Part shown: in pieces, positions 57,416 to 64,000 of the stretch | Layout: each line of letters starts with the position of its first letter | Numbering within the stretch: the first letter of the stretch is position 1 | Assembly (NCBI GenBank): GCA_965222115.1 | Contig: CBDCTJ010000001.1 | Coordinates: 416,001-480,000 of the forward strand | Direction: 5' to 3' | DNA length: 64,000 bases | Origin: Planctomycetota bacterium | GTDB taxonomy: Bacteria > Planctomycetota > PLA2 > JAEUHO01 | The notes under the pieces: generated by a model | The model's database searches: none | Told to the model about the DNA's origin: nothing | What the model saw: only the letters and a program-made list of their open reading frames with translations | Translations under genes and position numbers: made by a program

Positions 57416-57900
57416 GAAAATCTCCCAAGGTCACTTGAAGGTACGATGCTCTTGCACGCATCTAAGTCAGGTTCTCGCTTAGCGAAAAGGCGATTCTACG
57501 TCCCCAAATCCAACCCTCTTGCCCGGCATTTGCATCCTGTGATGTCTTCGCGAGTCGACGAATAGCTTGTGTCATGATCTATCCCCGAATATTGGCTGCC
57601 AGTGGCCAATGCCGACTTTCATCAACTCAACCACTTGCTCACTAAGCTAACGCTGCACATGGATTCGTCAACTTAGACACAAGAGGCCAGATATCTCGGC
57701 TGTCAACGCACTCATGCGTAACGGAAGAATCACGCTTGGTCTCAAAGATGAAGCGCATGGCATGCAATGAGACAGTTCTTCAAGCACGCCAATTCGACTC
57801 TTTGATCACCTCGCGTTCCAAATCTACTGCCTCATTGACAGCAAAGCGCACATTAGAGTAAGACCTAGTTGCGTCACAGGACCGGAGCGAAGGGATTCTC

Positions 57901-58260
57901 ATGGCAGCACTCCTCTCAGAAAATATGTTCGGCCACTGGGCGCATCTTGTCGATGGACTCAAGATCAAGCCAAGCTCGCTATACAACAAGGTTGCTTCAC
58001 AAGTAGCAGACCGCGGTCTTCCCAAGGCCAAGCTTCGCTCACTTTCCCTCAAGATCGGCGGCGCGTTCTCAGGCAAACGCGAGTACCTACAGATCAAACG
58101 GGGAGAACATGTGTTCCTGCTTTGTGCCGCGCCCTTTGGCGAAGGCTTCTTTGTGTCCTGGCGCCACTTCAGCACTATTGGTGTCTGGCGTGCTTTCTTT
58201 TCACAGATACCCATCGTAGGGAGATTGCTCTTTCGAACTTTTACGCCCTTTAGAGGCTGA
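57901..58260 (+). CDS. Conserved hypothetical protein, possibly C-terminally truncated
   Basis: HW..LVDG....LY..V..GG.FS.KREYL.I.R....CAAPFG.GFFVSW looks like a real domain. I recall homologues being longer, which is unverified. Confidence 0.55.
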   Translation: MAALLSENMFGHWAHLVDGLKIKPSSLYNKVASQVADRGLPKAKLRSLSLKIGGAFSGKREYLQIKRGEHVFLLCAAPFGEGFFVSWRHFSTIGVWRAFFSQIPIVGRLLFRTFTPFRG

Positions 58261-58342
58261 TGAACCTCCAACGACTAACCAATTTGGACGCATGCTTAGC
58301 GCATGACCGAACGATGCGTGCGAGTCCAAATTGCTTCGCCCA

Positions 58343-58813
58343 TCAGTGCAACCGACTCGGCTCGATGGATTCGCCCGACGCGTCGCGCATAAGATTCTTG
58401 AGTTCGGGGACCTGCTTGGCGCCCACGCGAATGGTGCCTGTGATGGTGGCGCCCTTTTCAATTTTGATTGAGGGCGCGCGCAAGTCGCCATTGATTTTGG
58501 CGGTCTTTGAAACGTAGATCGAAACCATGGCCAACGCATCGCCCTGCAAGAACCCGTCGATGCGAATGCTCTCGGCGCGCAAAGAGGCGTAGACGAGGCC
58601 CTTCTTGCGAATGTGCATATCGTTGGCGATGTAATACTTGCGAACCGCCACGTACTCTTTGATGACGGCGGCTTCGGTAATCACGCGCTTGTGGCACGAC
58701 GTGCAGCTGACAGATTTCGCCCCTGCTGCAATGAGCAGCGGCTCATCGCAGTTGGTGCAGAGAATCCGGCGCTGTTGCCCCTTGGAGGGTCGCCCTTTTT
58801 TGGGCATCGCCAC
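58343..58813 (-). CDS. Zinc-ribbon-bactofilin fusion
   Basis: CTNC..CTSC followed by beta-helix repeats (AESIRIDG..GD..A..I..TAKINGDLRAPSIKIEKGA). Confidence 0.8.
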   Translation of the reverse strand: MAMPKKGRPSKGQQRRILCTNCDEPLLIAAGAKSVSCTSCHKRVITEAAVIKEYVAVRKYYIANDMHIRKKGLVYASLRAESIRIDGFLQGDALAMVSIYVSKTAKINGDLRAPSIKIEKGATITGTIRVGAKQVPELKNLMRDASGESIEPSRLH

Positions 58814-58974
58814 AACCTCGCTAGGCGTTCACGACTGCATGGTGTTTATGCAACGCGAGCGCACCGCAAAAGTAACGCGATCGCCGCACCACGCAGACAC
58901 GGCGATCGCTTGGAACTCCCGTTCCCAAATCACGATAGAAGCGTTCAAGAAACGAGTGTGTGCAAATACGAGGG

Positions 58975-59385
58975 CTACTTTCGACCCGAAGCCGCAGCCT
59001 GCACTTGCTTCATGGGCGAAGCGGTTGAGGACCCAGCCTTGCCGGCACCCGGGCCCACCTCACAGCGTCCCACGAAGGTCGCGCCTTCTTGAACCTGCAT
59101 GGTCTTGGCCTTGAGATCGCCCATGAGCTTGCCGCTCGAGTTGAGCTGCACGCGCTCACTGGCCACCACGTTGCCGCTGATGACCCCGTCGAGCTCAATG
59201 CTGCCCGCACGAACTTCGGCTTTCACCTTGCCCTTGCGACTGACATACACGGTGCCGGCCGACTGAATGCCGCCTTCAAACGTGCCGTCGATCTGCACGC
59301 TCCCCTGGAACGTAAGTTCACCCTTAAACACGGCGTCGGAACCGATCACCGTGGGCGTGTCCGTTGTCTTCTTGGCGTCCGCCAC
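58975..59385 (-). CDS. Bactofilin (polymer-forming cytoskeletal protein, CcmA/DUF583)
   Basis: AGGAGG RBS, GTG 59385; TVIG....FKGEL.F.GSVQIDG.FEG.I..G.V..GDL....QEGA.FVG. Confidence 0.93.
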   Translation of the reverse strand: MADAKKTTDTPTVIGSDAVFKGELTFQGSVQIDGTFEGGIQSAGTVYVSRKGKVKAEVRAGSIELDGVISGNVVASERVQLNSSGKLMGDLKAKTMQVQEGATFVGRCEVGPGAGKAGSSTASPMKQVQAAASGRK

Positions 59386-59723
59386 GATGGCTTCCTCCTT
59401 CTTGCAGGACTTCCGATGATGAACAAACGTCATCCAGAAAGCGCGCTGCGATGTTTGCCATGACTGAAGCACCACTACGAGTGCTTTCGTGCGGCGGAAC
59501 ATAACAACCCCCACCCCCGCTCTCGCGGACCCGACGCCGACCCTCCGAGGGCGCAAGAGTTACGCCTCCGCAGCCCCATGTGTCGCTCACAAGCCCCCTA
59601 CACCTGACGTCGTTCACCCGCAAAAGGACATGATTTTTGCCCGCCAGCCATACCCCACACACGTTTCTAGCTTCTACATCTACCGAGGAGCCTCCCGTGT
59701 CGCCCAAACTACCCGCCATTGCC

Positions 59724-60473
59724 ATGCACTTACGGTCCCTGCCCATTGCAGTCGCCACAGTCGCACTCTTTCTTTGCGCCACGTCAACATTCGCAAACGA
59801 GAAGCCAAACGTCACGCCCCCAGCAAGCGCCGAGAACACGGATCAGATCGTGAAAGCCATACCGGGGCTTCACAAGGGCTCGCTCATCGACATCGCCAAG
59901 CACATGCACACCATGGAATACCGCAATGCACACGGTCGCGTGTTTGTCGCCTGGTACAACCCGTTCTCCGGTCGCGCCGCCTGTTTCGTGCATGCGTATC
60001 GCTACAACACCGCAAAGAAGCAGTGGACGCGCTACCTCACCAAGCTCGTGGAAGGCGCCATTTCATTATCCGTTGAAACCGCCCACGACCGTGTGCGCGT
60101 ACGCAACCACAAAGGGGACATCGTCTACGAACAACGCTCCCACCACAGCGAATCCGAAGTCGCCGACGCCATCCGCGCCGGAAAACTCGGCCCCGCCCTC
60201 GCCAAGGCCGCTCGTGAATCTGGGACTGTCCACGTCGCCGAACTCGAACTCCCCGACATTCCCTGCCGCGTCTTCCACGCCACGATGGGCACCACCGGCG
60301 CCACGATTCTCGACGATCGCGGGAAGCTCAAAGAGCTCTGTACAGCGACGAATGGCGGGCTTGCCGAGGCGTTCGCGATGTCGCAGAAGAATAGTCGCGA
60401 ATTGGTGACGTATCGTTACAAGGTGAATGCGAAGGAGAGTAAGGCGGGGGAGTATGTGTTGAGTGAGGAATAG
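59724..60473 (+). CDS. Exported hypothetical protein
   Basis: Signal peptide MHLRSLPIAVATVALFLCATSTFA; start uncertain. Confidence 0.6.
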   Translation: MHLRSLPIAVATVALFLCATSTFANEKPNVTPPASAENTDQIVKAIPGLHKGSLIDIAKHMHTMEYRNAHGRVFVAWYNPFSGRAACFVHAYRYNTAKKQWTRYLTKLVEGAISLSVETAHDRVRVRNHKGDIVYEQRSHHSESEVADAIRAGKLGPALAKAARESGTVHVAELELPDIPCRVFHATMGTTGATILDDRGKLKELCTATNGGLAEAFAMSQKNSRELVTYRYKVNAKESKAGEYVLSEE

Positions 60474-60731
60474 CACAAGCCTCGCCGCGAAATGGGCAAG
60501 TATTACGCGCCCTTCTCCGATCGTTCTACGGGCACGGGCGGTAGCTTGGTGTCGCGCAGTTTGGCAGGGTTCTCGTCGGGATCCGGGCCGCCACCCGAGA
60601 CTTGCCTGGACACTCTCTCCTTGAGCGCCCCATTTCATGCGTACCTGCCTGGAATTCTCTAGCGCCCCCCCAGTTTCGACATGACTCAGCGCACCTAAAT
60701 AGGAACCGTTGTGGTTTCCGGGAGCTTTGCC

Positions 60732-61217
60732 ATGAAGAAGACCTTCATCATCGTGATCTTTCTTGCGCGGGCAGTTGCAACGGGCTTTGCCTTCGAGCGA
60801 GACGTTGTTCGCCAACTGCTTTCCAACGATCCTCAAGAGTCGAGCAGCAGGCATAGGAATTACAGAAGTCCGATAGTTCCCAGGCGCACGCCGGTTCGCG
60901 CGTCGTCTCGCACGCTCACGCCATCTTCGAACTTGCCTGCGCCAAAGGTGAGATCATTGCAAGTGTTCAAGCCTGCCCCGTCGTCCTCACTACGACCACC
61001 GCTACGAAGTTATGGAAATCCACCGGGCGTCTCGCCTTCACCGATTGTCCGGAAGCCACTAGTAGTGCAGGGCGCGCTTCCCTCGCGTAGATTTGGTCCC
61101 GAGCCTCAAGTTTCGTTCGGGGCTTGCGCACCGACACTCGTGCGTCGCCCGGCTCCGATAATGCCTTGCGTTCGTGTCAGACCGCGTCGAATCCATTGTG
61201 GCGCCGCATCAAGATAG
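60732..61217 (+). CDS. Pro/Arg-rich hypothetical protein
   Basis: GGAG RBS, MKKTFIIVIFL signal-like start; low complexity. Confidence 0.35.
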   Translation: MKKTFIIVIFLARAVATGFAFERDVVRQLLSNDPQESSSRHRNYRSPIVPRRTPVRASSRTLTPSSNLPAPKVRSLQVFKPAPSSSLRPPLRSYGNPPGVSPSPIVRKPLVVQGALPSRRFGPEPQVSFGACAPTLVRRPAPIMPCVRVRPRRIHCGAASR

Positions 61218-61340
61218 CGTAAGTCGATCAGTATTCTTGCGTACCAGTGCAGGCGAAGGCGCTTGAGCATGCGGTGCCGTCACCTCATTTCCCGCATGGG
61301 CCTGCTAGACTCCCGACGAACATCGAAAAGGAGCCGCACG

Positions 61341-62056
61341 GTGGCCCGGTACTTAATCGCGATTGATGCAACTTCGGGAGGCGCGTATCGGGAGCTTCCC
61401 AAGGCGCACCATGATTTCAACACCATTGTCAATCGGCTTACGAGCGATGCGGACGGTGAGGCGATGTATGCTCGCGCCCTCGAGAATGAGATCAAAGAAG
61501 TTCTTCATGAGAACGGAGATCCAGACGATGCGCCTCATGCGCTCACCAAAGCAATTCGCACGTGGAAGGGGCCTGCCGGCGTGCAACTGTCTAGCAAAGA
61601 CACTGTATGTCTCTTCTTTGAAGGACATGGAGTCATCGCGGGCAATCGCGACGTCTACCTAGTGCTGCCACGGTCGGTGAAGACACGCGGAAATTTGGAT
61701 ACGCATACGGCCCTTAGGACGCGCGAGCTACTGACGTCGATATTCGAGGGCGAGCACTGTCCCGGGGAGATCTTGATGATCCTGCAGTGCTGCAGCGCGG
61801 GGAGCGCCGCGAAGCAGGTCATTGAAGGAATCTTCGCGGATGGGTTTGTAGATGCTCTGCCGCTGCGACGAGTTGACGTGATCGCTGCAACGATGGAATC
61901 GGTTGGCAAAGCCGAGCATCATGCCGGAACGTTCGGAGAACACTTCACCGCAGCGCTTGACGATTCCTCCCTTGCCACCGCAGATACTGAGTTCATCTCG
62001 CCTGCCGAGCTTTGCGGTCGTATGGAGCAACTTGGTGCGAAGGGATGTACGCCGTC
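61341..62056 (+). pseudogene. Caspase-like (peptidase C14) domain gene interrupted by IS3
   Basis: AAGGAG RBS, GTG 61341; RYLIAI, Y.ELP.A..D, FFEGHG, ILQCCSAG, G.F...F..AL. The frame runs into the IS end and stops at 62102. Confidence 0.75.
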
Positions 62057-62090
62057 TGACCTGCCCCCGAAGAGTGTGCCACTTGGTAAC

Positions 62091-62954
62091 TCACGAATTT
62101 GAGGGTATGAGAGCCCCCGGAAAGGTCCAGGCTCGTGGCGCAGGCGGCTTGCCACCTAGCGAACTATGCGGACGGAAGTGATTGTACTCCAAGCGCCAGT
62201 TCTCAATCAAGACCTGGGCCTCGGTAAGCGTGTAATAGATCTCGCCGTTGAGATGCTCATCACGAAGTCTCCCATTGAATGACTCGTTGTAGCCGTTCTC
62301 CCAAGGACTACCCGGCTCGATGAATAACGTGGTCGCGCCTACGGCGCTGATCCACTTGCGTACCGCCTTGGCTGTAAATTCGCTTCCATTATCGGAGCGA
62401 ATGAAGCCTGGCACACCACGCTCCGTCATCAAGTCGGCAAGGCATTCCAGCACATCACTCGAACAAAGCCGCCTGGCGACACGAATCGCTAAGCACTCCC
62501 GTGTGTATTCATCGACTACCGTCAGCATGCGAATCGCACGGCCATCATGAGTTCGATCCATCACGAAATCGTAGCTCCAGACGTGGTTTCGACGCTTCGG
62601 ACGAAGTCGGATACACGAACCGTCTCCGAGCCACAGCCGCCCTCGCTTTCTTTGCTTCTGAGGCACTTTGAGGCCCTCCTGGCGCCAGATTCGCTCCACT
62701 CGTTTGTGATTGACCTTCCAGCCTTCGCGGCAAAGCAACTCGGTGATTCGCCGATAGCCATAGCGACCGAACTGAATCGCTAGCTCGATGATTCTCGCTC
62801 GAAGCCTCTTTTGATATGCCGAGTCCTTCGGTGGATTCTGCTGCGTCGATCTCGCCTGCCCAAGCACCTTGCAGGCTCGACGCTCTGAAACCCCCAACGT
62901 CTTCTGGATCTGTTTCACAGCCATTCGTCGACGATGAGGGCTTAGAAGTTTCCC
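62091..62954 (-). CDS. IS3 transposase OrfB (DDE), fused to OrfA by -1 frameshift
   Basis: RYGYRRI, VNHKRV.R, WSYDF, VVDEYTRE, SDNGSEF, PGSPWENG..ESFN, YNHFRPHSSL. Confidence 0.95.
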   Translation of the reverse strand, partial: GKLLSPHRRRMAVKQIQKTLGVSERRACKVLGQARSTQQNPPKDSAYQKRLRARIIELAIQFGRYGYRRITELLCREGWKVNHKRVERIWRQEGLKVPQKQRKRGRLWLGDGSCIRLRPKRRNHVWSYDFVMDRTHDGRAIRMLTVVDEYTRECLAIRVARRLCSSDVLECLADLMTERGVPGFIRSDNGSEFTAKAVRKWISAVGATTLFIEPGSPWENGYNESFNGRLRDEHLNGEIYYTLTEAQVLIENWRLEYNHFRPHSSLGGKPPAPRAWTFPGALIPSNS

Positions 62955-63220
62955 CGTGCGGCTTCCTTCAAAATCGCGTTGTCTAGGTGGGATTCGGCCA
63001 GCAAGCGCTTGAGACGAGCGTTCTCGCGCTCCATCTCCTTCAGACGCTTGGCTTGATCCACCCGAAGGCCACCGTATTCCTTACGCCACCGGTAGTACGT
63101 GTTGGGTGTCACGCCCAGCTGCTTGCAGATCAACCCTACTTTCGTGCCTTTGGCCAGCTCGATCTCTGCCTGCCTCAGCATCCCAATGATCTGTTCCGTC
63201 GAGTACCGCTTCCTTGCCAT
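62942..63220 (-). CDS. IS3 transposase OrfA (HTH)
   Basis: RYSTEQII..TYYRWRKEYGG..LK.ME.EN..LK; AGGAG RBS; slippery G_GGA_AAC at 62948-62954. Confidence 0.95.
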   Translation of the reverse strand: MARKRYSTEQIIGMLRQAEIELAKGTKVGLICKQLGVTPNTYYRWRKEYGGLRVDQAKRLKEMERENARLKRLLAESHLDNAILKEAARGNF

Positions 63221-63283
63221 CTGCTAACTCCTGATCGAAAAAGTGTATCCGACCAAGTGGCACGCTCTGAGGGGGGCAGGTCA

Positions 63284-63571
63284 GGACTGATGCTGATATT
63301 CATGTGCCACACGCGCATCCACGCTGTGTTGACGCTTATTAGCCTCGCGGCATCTATGGGATTCGTAGCCTTCCAACTCACATCCGATTCTGCTACACCT
63401 TGCGGTTGCCTCGGCGCTCTCTCACGAGATGCATCGAATGGCCCTCGCTTGGTCGTTGCGAGTTCGCTGATGCTGCTGTCCCTCGCAAGTAGACATGGTT
63501 GCGCCACCTACGCGGACAAGCACCAACACGCCGCTGTTTCCAAGCTAGAGCAAATCGTGGAAGGTAAGTGA
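63284..63571 (+). pseudogene. 5'-truncated MauE/DoxX-like membrane protein fragment
   Basis: TM helix, PCGCLG, TM helix; the frame begins exactly at the IS end. Confidence 0.55.
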
Positions 63572-63578
63572 CTCTAGT

Positions 63579-64000
63579 ATGCGTAAACGCCTGCACCTTG
63601 TATTCGTTCTGCTTGTAGCTACACTTGGGCTGCTTGCCCTCATGTGGCCTTCTTCCGGCAGATCGTTACCGGCGCCTCATGGTCGCTCAAGTGGTGTGCA
63701 GCCACGAACTCATCCCGAGTTGCTGGGCTATCCGACTCAGGTCGTTGCGAGCAAGGACGCGGATCTATCGGCGGTCGAAGACGCAACCAAACGCAAGGCG
63801 TCCACGTCGAGCGCAGAGAGTCTCAAGGCTGAGATCACTGTAATAGATGAAGCGTCGGGATTGCCCGTGGATGGAGCACGTGTCTTTCTCGCCCCTCATG
63901 CCTCCAGTCACTCGGTAACTGACATTGAGGGCATCGCGTCCATTGAGGTTGCTAGTAGTGGTCAGGCGCTGGGTGTTGTTGCCATAGGCTACTTGCCGGC
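63579..64000 (+). CDS. Membrane-anchored carboxypeptidase-regulatory-like protein; runs off the window
   Basis: My translation: MRKRLHLVFVLLVATLGLLALMW..VIDEASGLPVDGARV..VTDIEG..; open to the window end. Confidence 0.7.
   Translation, partial: MRKRLHLVFVLLVATLGLLALMWPSSGRSLPAPHGRSSGVQPRTHPELLGYPTQVVASKDADLSAVEDATKRKASTSSAESLKAEITVIDEASGLPVDGARVFLAPHASSHSVTDIEGIASIEVASSGQALGVVAIGYLP

Larger units (their letters stand above)
62057..63283 (-). mobile_element. IS3-family insertion sequence (1227 bp)
   Basis: TG..CA ends; imperfect IRs TGACCTGCCCCC-GAAGAGT-GTGCCACTTGGT and TGACCTGCCCCC-CTCAGAGC-GTGCCACTTGGT; orfA and orfB present; no target duplication. Confidence 0.95.

Noticed and set aside
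57416-57900. tRNA, ncRNA or integrase attachment site in the long AT-rich spacer
   Set aside because: No cloverleaf, recognisable RNA motif or repeat found by eye; an Infernal/Rfam scan would be needed.
51282-58260. Sec readthrough at other TGA stops (51284, 54662, 58260)
   Set aside because: The downstream frames are short or not protein-like, with no conserved Cys context.

Overview
GC-rich bacterial window, probably from a Planctomycetota-like (PVC) genome. That is an inference from the Ser/Thr kinase-ECF sigma pair, many exported TPR and carboxypeptidase-regulatory-like proteins, and a long-type IspH. Recognisable genes: ispH, fumC, an alpha-2-macroglobulin/pbpC pair, a tricorn protease, a sensor kinase with a sigma-54 activator, a cytochrome c', a cytochrome c-fused CydA-like/CydA' pair, two bactofilins and an IS3 element. 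The main discovery is at 39017-40744 (-). Two tandem paralogous exported thioredoxin-like genes are each split in the ORF track by an in-frame TGA just after the signal peptide (..SPAAEA|G-UGA-C). Both carry a hairpin in the same register (+17..+31 from UGA, GUC loop, covarying pairs), consistent with a bacterial SECIS and a candidate new secreted selenoprotein family with an N-terminal Gly-Sec-Cys motif. Other notable items: a complete sigma-54 unit (palindromic UAS, -24/-12 promoter, polyproline exported protein, terminator), a frameshifted ECF sigma, a duplicated [SCGG-tailed surface protein / Clp-N-only protein] cassette, and an IS3-scarred accessory region from about 54.8 kb. No rRNA, tRNA or CRISPR array was seen. 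Functional calls are from motif reading only; no database search was run.
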